From the NCBI GenBank assembly GCA_965652295.1, contig CBFGTS010000002.1, positions 96,001 through 160,000 on the forward strand: a DNA stretch of 64,000 nucleotides, read 5' to 3'. This DNA is from an uncultured Haloferula sp. Lineage in GTDB: Bacteria; Verrucomicrobiota; Verrucomicrobiia; Verrucomicrobiales; Akkermansiaceae. Every line of letters starts with the position of its first letter. Position 1 is the stretch's first letter. The notes beneath the pieces are model-generated. The model saw only the letters and a list, made by a program, of their open reading frames with translations. It was not told the origin of the DNA and did not search any database. Both the position numbers and the translations under genes were made by a program. Below, piece after piece: positions 9,215 through 17,591 of this stretch.

Positions 9215-9231
9215 TTACATACATTGTAACA
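9215..9231 (-). promoter_or_regulatory. Extended -10 promoter overlapped by palindrome TTACA-N5-TGTAA
   Basis: Minus strand TG-T-TACAAT (9231..9223), overlapped by inverted repeat 9215..9229; second palindrome GGAAT-N5-ATTCC at 9197..9211. Confidence 0.55.
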
Positions 9232-9274
9232 AGTATTCCAACGGCTGCGGAAGAAACGCGGATGCCCGGCCTTC

Positions 9275-10174
9275 TTACCGCGGCACCAGCTTCGCGGCGG
9301 TTTGCGGATCCAGATTGAAGCCGCCGGTTTCGAAGTCCTTCACGGGCTCTCCTTCCTGAGCGATGCGCTCGAACGCGATGACCGGTTTGGTGCCCTCGAT
9401 CTCCGACATCAGGTAAACGCGCAGCGCAAACGCCTCCTTGCCGGTCGAGCCCTCCATTGGCTTCACCGTGTAAACGATTTCATTCCGTCCATCGACGGCA
9501 CCGCCGAGCACCACCTCGGCCTCCTTGGTGTTGGCGAAGCGATGGCGGCTGACTCGGTTGATCTGGACGTTCACCTCGCGCCCCGGACAGAAGGCATAGA
9601 CCTTGGCGATGTATTTCGCCGCATTCACGGCCATCGGCACTGGCGGCACGGTGCCCGGGGCGCGGGCTTCGGGGATGTCGTTGAGGTAGCTGTAATCGCC
9701 CGCCTCCAGCTCTTTCCGCACGGCGGGCAGCTCGGCGAGGTTCACGAAATCCGCCCGGTCGTAGAGCCAGCGGCCACCGCTATTTACGAAGGACAATGCG
9801 AGGAGGTTGTTCGTCGGGTTTCCATCGATGCCGAAATTCACAGGGCCGAACCAGACGCCTTTGGCGGTCGCTCCGGCTTGGGAAAGATGGATCAGCTTCA
9901 ATTTCTCAAGGCTCGGCGGCGGCACCGGCACCTCGAAAATGGCGGTTGGAAACGGTCGCTTCTCGGAAACGATGCGGTTTTTCACCTCCATCTGCCGGTG
10001 CGGTGCGGTGAGCGCCTGCCACTGGCGCGCATCCTTGCGGACAAAGGCATTGCGCCAGCCGTGGTAGACCTTGGCCAGCTTAGCACCCAGTTCAGCGTCA
10101 GGCGCTTGCGCCTGCGCCACGCCGGAGCTGAGAGCGAGGAACGCGCCGACGATGAGAGTTTTGCAGCGATTCAT
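9275..10174 (-). CDS. Exported hypothetical protein
   Basis: 299-aa ORF with signal peptide ending AQA; no family recognised. Confidence 0.75.
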   Translation of the reverse strand: MNRCKTLIVGAFLALSSGVAQAQAPDAELGAKLAKVYHGWRNAFVRKDARQWQALTAPHRQMEVKNRIVSEKRPFPTAIFEVPVPPPSLEKLKLIHLSQAGATAKGVWFGPVNFGIDGNPTNNLLALSFVNSGGRWLYDRADFVNLAELPAVRKELEAGDYSYLNDIPEARAPGTVPPVPMAVNAAKYIAKVYAFCPGREVNVQINRVSRHRFANTKEAEVVLGGAVDGRNEIVYTVKPMEGSTGKEAFALRVYLMSEIEGTKPVIAFERIAQEGEPVKDFETGGFNLDPQTAAKLVPR

Positions 10175-10232
10175 TGGTGAAAACAGTTGGATAAGTGCCT
10201 ACGGGAAACAACACTCCTTTTTCTGCACCTGC

Positions 10233-11072
10233 ATGAGCGTTTTATTCCGAGTCCCCCCGATCGGCCAGGCACGACAAAAGGAGATGATGAAGTCCGCGGT
10301 GGAATTTGCCTACCGCGAGACCGACCAAGGCCCCCTGAGTGTTCACTTTTTCCTCCCCGAGGACTACCAGGAAGGCGACGACCGGACGGTGGTGGTATTT
10401 TTCCACGGTGGTTTCTGGGATTCCCCGATGATCACCCAGTTCGTGCCCCAGTGCCTGCATTTTGCCTCCCGCGGCGCGGTGGCGGTGGTGGTGGAAACGC
10501 GGCTGCAATCGGTCCACGGAAGCGGCCCGCTGGAGGCGATCGAGGATGTGGACGCGTTCTTCGGCTGGTTGCGTGAAAAGGCGGCAGAGGTTCGGATGCA
10601 GCTCGATCGCGTGGTCATTGGCGGGACCGCCGGTGGTGCTTTCCTGGCCCTCGACCAAGCCCTGCGGCCCATCGGCAAGGAACCCGATCCGGTCCGGATT
10701 GATTTCAAGGCGCTGTTGCTGTTCAGCGCGTTGGTCAACACCACCGCTCCTGAAATCGCCGCCCGTTTCCCCGACGCCTCTTCGGCGAAAAAAGTCAGTC
10801 CGCTGAAGCGTCCGCGGCGTCACGCGCCGCCGATGATGTTCTTCCACGGCCGGCGCGACCGCCTGACGCCGGTGACGGACGTGCAGAAGTTCTGCCGGAA
10901 AATGAGATGGCGGAAGAACCGGGTGGAGCTCGTGGACTACGACAAGGCCGAGCATTCGTTCTTCAATTTCAACGTCTCCGAGTTCTATTACGAGCTCACG
11001 ATCAAGGCCGCCGACCATTTCCTGGTCGACCTCGGCCTGCTTGAGCCGGATCCTTTCGACGACGTGGCTTGA
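10233..11072 (+). CDS. Alpha/beta hydrolase (esterase-like)
   Basis: VFFHGGFW oxyanion motif, GGTAGG nucleophile elbow, HG..D.LTP and AEHSFFN acid/His. Confidence 0.85.
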   Translation: MSVLFRVPPIGQARQKEMMKSAVEFAYRETDQGPLSVHFFLPEDYQEGDDRTVVVFFHGGFWDSPMITQFVPQCLHFASRGAVAVVVETRLQSVHGSGPLEAIEDVDAFFGWLREKAAEVRMQLDRVVIGGTAGGAFLALDQALRPIGKEPDPVRIDFKALLLFSALVNTTAPEIAARFPDASSAKKVSPLKRPRRHAPPMMFFHGRRDRLTPVTDVQKFCRKMRWRKNRVELVDYDKAEHSFFNFNVSEFYYELTIKAADHFLVDLGLLEPDPFDDVA

Positions 11073-11236
11073 AGCCGCGGGCCGGGCTGGGTTTCGCGTC
11101 CGCTCCGGGGTACAATTCCTGCTTGGCAGGCATCCCGCCCTGCCGTTTATTCCCCGCCCCGCTCCGGTCAGGAAAAACCCGTCGGTTTCCGCCCGTCCGG
11201 CCCGGTATTCCGAGGGCTTATCCCGAGATTTTTGAA

Positions 11237-14200
11237 ATGAACCGCTTCTATCACTCGTCCACCCCGTCCGTTCCCGGTTCCCTCCACACGTTGCGCGAAG
11301 AGCACGACAACTGCGGCATGGGGGCCATCGCGAACCTCAACGGCGAGCGCAGCTACAAGGTCCTCGACTACGCCCTCACCTCGGTCAGCTGCATGACCCA
11401 CCGCGGCGCGGTCGACGCCGACATGAAGACGGGCGATGGCTCGGGCATCTTGTCGCAGATCCCCTACCCGATTTTCGAAAAGGCGGCCAAGGCGCTCGGA
11501 GCGGAAGTGCCCGGCGAGGAGATCGCCGTGGGTGTGTTCTTTTTCCCGGCCGATAAGACCGTGACGGACGCACTCCGCACGAAGGCGGAGACCGCGGTGA
11601 AGGATCGCGGCATCGAGATCATCGGCTGGCGCGTGGTGCCGGTGAACCCCGACGCACTCGGCGAACTCGCGCGTGCCACCCAGCCTTACATCGAGCACCT
11701 GCTGCTGCGCCGCCCGGCGGACACCGATCCCGAGACTTTCGAGCGCCAGCTTTTCCTCGTTCGTCGCCGGATCGAGCTGGCAACCCGTGAGGTGAAGGAC
11801 TTCTACATCCCCACCCTCTCCTGCCGGCTTATTTCCTACAAGGGTCTCGCGATGCCGGAAGCGCTCAAGGGCTTCTACGATGACCTTCGTAGTCCGGATT
11901 TCCAAACGGCGATCGCGCTCTACCACCAGCGTTTCTCGACCAACACCTTCCCGGCCTGGCCGCTCGGTCAGCCGTTCCGGATGCTCGCCCACAATGGCGA
12001 GATCAACACGGTCGAGGGCAACCGCAACTGGCTGTCCAGCCGCGAGGACTACTTCGAATCCGAGGTCTGGGGCGAGGACATCGAGCTGCTGAAGAATCTC
12101 ATCCGCGAGGGCGAATCGGACTCGTCCTCACTCGACCACGCGCTGGAGGTGCTGGTGCTTTCCGGCCGCTCGCTGGAGCACGCGATGTGCATGCTGGTGC
12201 CGCCGGCCTATCGCAACGACGAGGACATTTCCGACGACCTGCGGGCTTTCTACCAATACATCCGCTCGTTCTCCGAGCCCTGGGACGGCCCGGCGGGTCT
12301 CGTTTACACCGATGGCGTGAAGCTCTGCGCCTCGCTCGACCGCAACGGCCTTCGTCCCTCGCGCTTCAAGCTGACCGAGGACGGCCTGCTTTACATCGGT
12401 TCGGAAGCCGGCGCGGTGGTCATTGATGACAGCATCGTGGTCCGCAAGGGTCGTCTCGGGCCCGGTCAAATGCTTTCGGCAAATACCGCCACGGGTGAGT
12501 TCAAGAACGACCGCGAGATCAAGGAGGAGCTCGCCCAGCAGAAGCCGTATCGCCGCTGGATCGATGAGAACCGCCTTGAGCTGCGTCGCTTCGTTTCACC
12601 GGAGGCCCATGCGCCGGATGAAGAACCGGACGCGCTTGAGCTTTCCCGCCAACAAGTCGCCCACGGCATCTCGATGGAGGAGCTGGACATGGTGTTTCCT
12701 CCGATGATCAAGGGAGCTCAGGAAGCCGTGTATTCGATGGGTGACGACATCCCGCTCGCCGCTCTCTCGACCTACCCGCGGCTGCTCTACACCTACTTCA
12801 AGCAGCGTTTCGCCCAGGTCACGAACCCGCCGATCGATCCGATCCGCGAATGGGCCGTGATGACGATTTCGGCCGGCCTCGGCCCCGAGCGCAACTGGCT
12901 CGCCGAGACGCCGGAGCACTGCCGCATCGTCAACATCGATGCCGCGATCGTCTTCGAGCACCAGGTCGAGCGCATGAAACACCTCGGCTCGGAAGGTTTC
13001 CCCGCGACCGTGCTGGACATCACCTGGGATGCCGCCAGCGGCGTTGCCGGAATGAAGACGCGCCTCGACGAGCTTTGCGGCGAGGCGGAAAAGGCGATCG
13101 ACGAGGGTTCCAACATCCTGATCCTCTCCGATCGTGGGATTTCCGCGGAGCGGGTGGCGATTCCGTCGATGCTCGCCACCGGCACCATCCACCACCATCT
13201 CATCCGCGCCCGCAAGCGTCTCCAGGCTTCGCTGGTTCTGGAGTCCGGCGAAGTGCGCGATACCCATCAAGTCGCCTGCGTGTTCAGCGTCGGTGCCACG
13301 GTCGTCTGCCCGTATCTCGGCTTCGCGACGGTGCGTCAGCTGGTGGCGACCAAGAAGATGGGCGAGGACATGACGGCCGAGAAGGCGATGGAGAACTACC
13401 GCAAGGCGCTTGAGAAAGGCCTGCTCAAGATCATGTCGAAGATGGGCATTTCCGTGCTCAACTCCTACCAGGGCGCGCAGATTCTCGAAGCCATCGGCAT
13501 CGGCAAGGACGTCATCGAGGCGTCCTTCAGCGGCATGCACTCGAAGATCGGAGGCATCGGCTTTGCCGAAATCGCCGAGGAATCTCTGATCCGTCACCGT
13601 GCGGGCTATACCACCGAGGTGCCGGTCGGTGAGACGCTCGATCTCGGAGACCCCGGCTACAATCGTTTCCGCAAGAGCGGCGAGCGCCACGTGCTGACGA
13701 CCGAGGTCATCAAGAATTTCCACACCTATGTGAAAAGCGGCAAGCCCGAGGATTACGAGGGCTATGTGAAGGCCAGCCTGGAGAACCAACCGGCCGCCAT
13801 CAAGGACCTGTTCGAGTTCGTTCCGTCGTCCAGCGGCCCGGTGCCGCTCGACGAGGTTGAGCCGATCGAGGATATCCGCCGTCGTTTCACCACCGCGGCC
13901 ATGTCACTCGGCGCGCTGTCGCCGGAGGCCCACGAAACGTTGGCCATCGCGATGAACCGCATCGGTGCCAAGTCCGATTCGGGCGAAGGCGGCGAGGACA
14001 CCAAGCGCTTCGGTCCGTATCCGAACGGCGATCTTGCCCGCTCTTACATCAAGCAGATCGCATCCGGTCGCTTCGGCGTCTCGGCTCACTACCTGGTGAA
14101 CGCCGACGAGCTGGAAATCAAGATGGCCCAGGGCGCGAAGCCCGGTGAAGGCGGCCAACTCCCCGGCCACAAGGTCAACGCGCTGATCGCCCGCCTGCGC

Positions 14201-15904
14201 AACACGCAGCCCGGCGTTCAGCTTATTTCACCGCCGCCGCACCACGATATCTATAGTATCGAGGACCTCGCGCAGCTCATCCACGACCTCAAGGAAGTCA
14301 ATCCCCGCGCCCGCGTGACCGTCAAGCTGGTCGCGGAAACCGGCGTCGGCACCGTTGCCGCCGGGGTCGCCAAGGCCAGCGCCGACAACATCCTCATCTC
14401 CGGTCACGATGGTGGCACGGCGGCATCTCCGCTTTCCTCCACCAAGCACGCCGGTGCGCCGTGGGAACTCGGGGTGGCCGAAGCGCAGCAGACGCTGATC
14501 ATCAACAACCTCCGCAACCGTGTGGTGCTCCGCACCGACGGCGGACTGCGCAACGGCCGCGACATCGTCACCGCGGCGATTCTCGGCGCCGAGCAGTACA
14601 ACTTCGGCACCATCGCCATGATCGCCATGGGCTGCGTCTACGTGCGCAAGTGCCACCTCAACAACTGCCCGGTCGGCGTCGCCACCACCGATCCGAAGTG
14701 GCGCGCAAAATTCAAAGGCACGCCGGAAATGGTCATCAACTTCCTCAACGGCGTCGCCCAGGAGGCCCGCGAAATCATGGCCAAACTCGGCGTGCGCACG
14801 CTCGATGAGCTGATCGGCCGCCCTGATTTCCTGCGTCAGCGGGAGATCCCGAATCACCCGAAGGCGAACACACTCGACCTTTCGCCGATTCTCAAGGACG
14901 TCGTCCCTCACCTCGCCGAGCAACGCGGCATCGACCCGGCGACCATTTCCCGGATCTGCACGCAGGACCGCAACGATGGCATCTCGAAAACCTCCTTGGA
15001 TCTTCTGGTTCTCGCCGACCTCAAGCGCGAGCTGGGCGTCGATCCCGACGCCCGGCCGGCTGCGATCGAATACGGCGCGGAGGCCATCGATCAGGCGACC
15101 TACGATGCCATCAAAATCCTGCCCGACCGCGAACCGGTCACCCTCAGCTACGGCGTGGTGAATACCGACCGCAACATCGGCACCCGCCTGGCGGGTCGCA
15201 TTGCCGAGGTGCATGGAAACCACGGTTTCAACGGCCATACCGCGGTGACGCTGAATCTCTCCGGCTCCGCCGGCCAATCGCTCGGCTGTTTCATGGTTTC
15301 CGGCATGCGCATCGTTCTCACCGGCGAGGCCAACGACTACGTCGGCAAAGGCATGGCCGGCGGCGAGATTGTCGTCCACCCGCCCGCCAACGCGAAGTTC
15401 GAGTTCCACAAGAACTCGATCGCCGGCAATACCTGTCTCTACGGTGCGACCGGCGGCCGAGTCTTCCTCAACGGCCGCGCCGGCGAACGCTTCGGCGTGC
15501 GGAACTCCGGTGCGGTGGCGGTCGTCGAAGGCGTGGGTGACCACGGCTGCGAATACATGACCAATGGCACCATCGCCATCCTTGGCCGCACCGGGAAAAA
15601 CTTCGGTGCCGGCATGTCCGGTGGCACCGCCTACGTTTACGACGTGGACGGCCGGTTCTACTCCCGCGTGAACAACGAGATGGTCGTGGCCCTGCCGATC
15701 AAGCGCGAGGCCGATGCGGTGATGATCAAGGCGCTCATCGAGGCTCACGTCGAGGCCACCGGAAGTCCGCACGGCAAGGACCTGCTCGGAAACTGGGACG
15801 AAGAGGTCCGCCGTTTCGTCCGCGTCATTCCCAAGGAGCGCGCCGCCCTCGAAGCCGCTGAAGAGCAGCACGAATCGGCTTCCGAGCCGGTTGCCGTCCG
15901 TTGA
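11237..15904 (+). CDS. gltB: Glutamate synthase large subunit
   Basis: EHDNCGMG N-terminal Cys, HQRFSTNT, AHNGEINT, EPWDGPA, QVTNPPIDP, IKQIASGRFGV, KMAQGAKPGEGGQLPG, C-x5-C-x4-CP [3Fe-4S] motif and GXGXG C-terminal repeats. Confidence 0.98.
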   Translation: MNRFYHSSTPSVPGSLHTLREEHDNCGMGAIANLNGERSYKVLDYALTSVSCMTHRGAVDADMKTGDGSGILSQIPYPIFEKAAKALGAEVPGEEIAVGVFFFPADKTVTDALRTKAETAVKDRGIEIIGWRVVPVNPDALGELARATQPYIEHLLLRRPADTDPETFERQLFLVRRRIELATREVKDFYIPTLSCRLISYKGLAMPEALKGFYDDLRSPDFQTAIALYHQRFSTNTFPAWPLGQPFRMLAHNGEINTVEGNRNWLSSREDYFESEVWGEDIELLKNLIREGESDSSSLDHALEVLVLSGRSLEHAMCMLVPPAYRNDEDISDDLRAFYQYIRSFSEPWDGPAGLVYTDGVKLCASLDRNGLRPSRFKLTEDGLLYIGSEAGAVVIDDSIVVRKGRLGPGQMLSANTATGEFKNDREIKEELAQQKPYRRWIDENRLELRRFVSPEAHAPDEEPDALELSRQQVAHGISMEELDMVFPPMIKGAQEAVYSMGDDIPLAALSTYPRLLYTYFKQRFAQVTNPPIDPIREWAVMTISAGLGPERNWLAETPEHCRIVNIDAAIVFEHQVERMKHLGSEGFPATVLDITWDAASGVAGMKTRLDELCGEAEKAIDEGSNILILSDRGISAERVAIPSMLATGTIHHHLIRARKRLQASLVLESGEVRDTHQVACVFSVGATVVCPYLGFATVRQLVATKKMGEDMTAEKAMENYRKALEKGLLKIMSKMGISVLNSYQGAQILEAIGIGKDVIEASFSGMHSKIGGIGFAEIAEESLIRHRAGYTTEVPVGETLDLGDPGYNRFRKSGERHVLTTEVIKNFHTYVKSGKPEDYEGYVKASLENQPAAIKDLFEFVPSSSGPVPLDEVEPIEDIRRRFTTAAMSLGALSPEAHETLAIAMNRIGAKSDSGEGGEDTKRFGPYPNGDLARSYIKQIASGRFGVSAHYLVNADELEIKMAQGAKPGEGGQLPGHKVNALIARLRNTQPGVQLISPPPHHDIYSIEDLAQLIHDLKEVNPRARVTVKLVAETGVGTVAAGVAKASADNILISGHDGGTAASPLSSTKHAGAPWELGVAEAQQTLIINNLRNRVVLRTDGGLRNGRDIVTAAILGAEQYNFGTIAMIAMGCVYVRKCHLNNCPVGVATTDPKWRAKFKGTPEMVINFLNGVAQEAREIMAKLGVRTLDELIGRPDFLRQREIPNHPKANTLDLSPILKDVVPHLAEQRGIDPATISRICTQDRNDGISKTSLDLLVLADLKRELGVDPDARPAAIEYGAEAIDQATYDAIKILPDREPVTLSYGVVNTDRNIGTRLAGRIAEVHGNHGFNGHTAVTLNLSGSAGQSLGCFMVSGMRIVLTGEANDYVGKGMAGGEIVVHPPANAKFEFHKNSIAGNTCLYGATGGRVFLNGRAGERFGVRNSGAVAVVEGVGDHGCEYMTNGTIAILGRTGKNFGAGMSGGTAYVYDVDGRFYSRVNNEMVVALPIKREADAVMIKALIEAHVEATGSPHGKDLLGNWDEEVRRFVRVIPKERAALEAAEEQHESASEPVAVR

Positions 15905-15920
15905 TCCGATTCACTCCCCG

Positions 15921-15947
15921 GGCTTCCGCCGCATTCCGGCGGAAGCC
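15921..15947. terminator. Strong hairpin between convergent genes (possible terminator)
   Basis: GGCTTCCGCCG-CATTC-CGGCGGAAGCC perfect 11-bp stem just after the gltB stop; no downstream U-tract on either strand. Confidence 0.45.
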
Positions 15948-16026
15948 AAAAGGAGCGGCGGGCATCGACCGCCGGACAGGCCGAGATCCGCTCGACCGGC
16001 CTCTTCGAGGTTCCCCGACTCCGTCC

Positions 16027-16887
16027 TCAGGGTTCCACCGCGAGGAACTCCAGCAGCTCTGCCAGCGCCCCGGCCGTGGCGAGCAGGTCCGTGTGTCCGG
16101 CCGGGCTACTGCTGATAACGTAGTCGGCAGCGTCCGGCGCGCCGTCCTTCTGGGCGGTCGTCGCAAAACGGAAGCGATCTTCCTTTCCCCGCCATCGCTC
16201 CAGATGGCGCGCGGTTTCCGAGCCGGCGACCTCCAACGGCAGCCCGCTCGCATCCTCAAGCCAGACGAGCGTCTCCCCGTCCTTCATTCGGCGCTCCAGG
16301 CGGGCGAAGGTCTCGGCGGCCGCATCCGACTTCTGACGCGCATGCGGCAGGAAACAAAACTTCACGGGGCGGGCCGGCTCTTCGCCTGACATCGCCCCAG
16401 CGACCGAGAGCAGCATCAGAACCCCCGAGTAATCCCCGGAGTCCTCCTTGAGATCGTAACCGGTCGCCACCCACAGCGCGGGCACTTTCCCAGATCCCAG
16501 AGTGAAGATGAGAATCGGCCACCCCCCTTCCCCGGCGCCCGGCAGGCGTTCGACTTCATATCCCGCATTGGCCGGCCCCAGAGTGCCTTCGATCATCGCC
16601 GCCATCCGCGTCAGACCGCGTTCTCCTTCCGGGGAGCCCAGATGACGCGGGGTGGCAAAGGTCCGGATCTTTTCGAGATCCGCCGAGAGCGTTTCGCGGG
16701 AAACCTCCAGAGCGAACCGATGCCTCTCTTCCGGTTGCTGGGACCGCCCATGCCACTGCCACCAAGCGACCGCGGTGGTGACTACCAGCCCGACCGGAAA
16801 GCCCACCAGTAACACCGCCATCCAGCGCTTCGAACGATTCTCCTCCGTCACGCCCCTCCCATCGGTCCGGCACTCCGAAGTGTCCAC
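16027..16887 (-). CDS. Membrane-anchored hypothetical protein, degenerate M28 peptidase-like fold
   Basis: N-terminal TM helix; L..DL..I...PR, V.TGYD and DYSGV..LL resemble M28 motifs but lack the metal ligands. Start may be GTG 16851. Confidence 0.55.
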   Translation of the reverse strand: MDTSECRTDGRGVTEENRSKRWMAVLLVGFPVGLVVTTAVAWWQWHGRSQQPEERHRFALEVSRETLSADLEKIRTFATPRHLGSPEGERGLTRMAAMIEGTLGPANAGYEVERLPGAGEGGWPILIFTLGSGKVPALWVATGYDLKEDSGDYSGVLMLLSVAGAMSGEEPARPVKFCFLPHARQKSDAAAETFARLERRMKDGETLVWLEDASGLPLEVAGSETARHLERWRGKEDRFRFATTAQKDGAPDAADYVISSSPAGHTDLLATAGALAELLEFLAVEP

Positions 16888-16984
16888 TGAGAAAACACCA
16901 TCCCATCCATCGGTAGAATGTCACCCGTCACTCCCGCGAGCCGGCGTCACTGAGGCCTGCAGTGTTCCGCTCATCGATTCAAAA

Positions 16985-17057
<73 letters not shown>

Positions 17058-17119
17058 TGGAAAAAACCGACGGCTTTCTGGCGCTTTGTCGGAGAGGCAG
17101 CAAGAGGAATACGGGACAG

Positions 17120-17161
17120 AAAAAAGCGGACGAGAACACCCGAAGGCATCCACCATCCGCT
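17120..17161 (-). terminator. Intrinsic terminator of the 74-aa gene
   Basis: Minus strand AGCGGATG..GGATGCC-TTCG-GGTGTTC.CGTCCGC followed by TTTTTT; C(UUCG)G tetraloop. Confidence 0.75.
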
Positions 17162-17206
17162 CGCACCCCGGTCGTTCTGATTGAACGAGACCCCGGAGGA
17201 CACTCC

Positions 17207-17431
17207 TCAAGCCGCGATCTCGTAGTGCTCCGCGATCTGGCGGAAGATACGGTCGCGGCGCTCGCGGGCCTGATCGACGTCGCGGGTTTTCAAGGAAAAA
17301 CGCAGGCGTTCAGCGGTCGCATCGGGCTTGTGGACGGTGAGGTGGCACCACCAGACGCCGCGATTGTTCCAAAGGTGATGATTGGGGTTATCATGATTCA
17401 CTCTGAGGGCGAGCTTCGCTTTGCGTTTCAT
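17207..17431 (-). CDS. Small basic hypothetical protein, putative nucleic-acid binding
   Basis: 74 aa: NPNHHLWNNRGVWWCHLTVH...RLRFSLKTRDVDQARERRD; flanked by its own putative promoter and terminator. Confidence 0.75.
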   Translation of the reverse strand: MKRKAKLALRVNHDNPNHHLWNNRGVWWCHLTVHKPDATAERLRFSLKTRDVDQARERRDRIFRQIAEHYEIAA

Positions 17432-17451
17432 GAGGAGGTCAAGAGCTTCGG

Positions 17452-17490
17452 GTTTGTTTCCGCATCCTGACCAAACGTCAAAGGGCGCGG
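17452..17490 (-). promoter_or_regulatory. Structured 5' leader (hairpin / possible pseudoknot)
   Basis: CCGCGCCCTTTGAC-GTTTG-GTCAGGATGCGG-AAA-CAAAC: stem-loop whose loop GTTTG is complementary to downstream CAAAC. Confidence 0.45.
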
Positions 17491-17500
17491 CGACTTAGGG

Positions 17501-17529
17501 ATTGGATTCGATCCCCCACAGCCGAACAA
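17501..17529 (-). promoter_or_regulatory. Putative sigma70-type promoter of the 74-aa gene
   Basis: Minus strand TTGTTC, 17-bp spacer, TCCAAT. Confidence 0.4.
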
Positions 17530-17591
17530 GGAAAATCCCGTCTTCGGATGTGCAGCCCTTGACCAATGCCGCGCACCAATTCCGATAGCGG

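Noticed and set aside
8991..9224. Remnant higB toxin upstream of the kinase
   Set aside because: LRSFRQ weakly echoes a HigB N-terminus, but none of the three minus-strand frames gives further HigB motifs.
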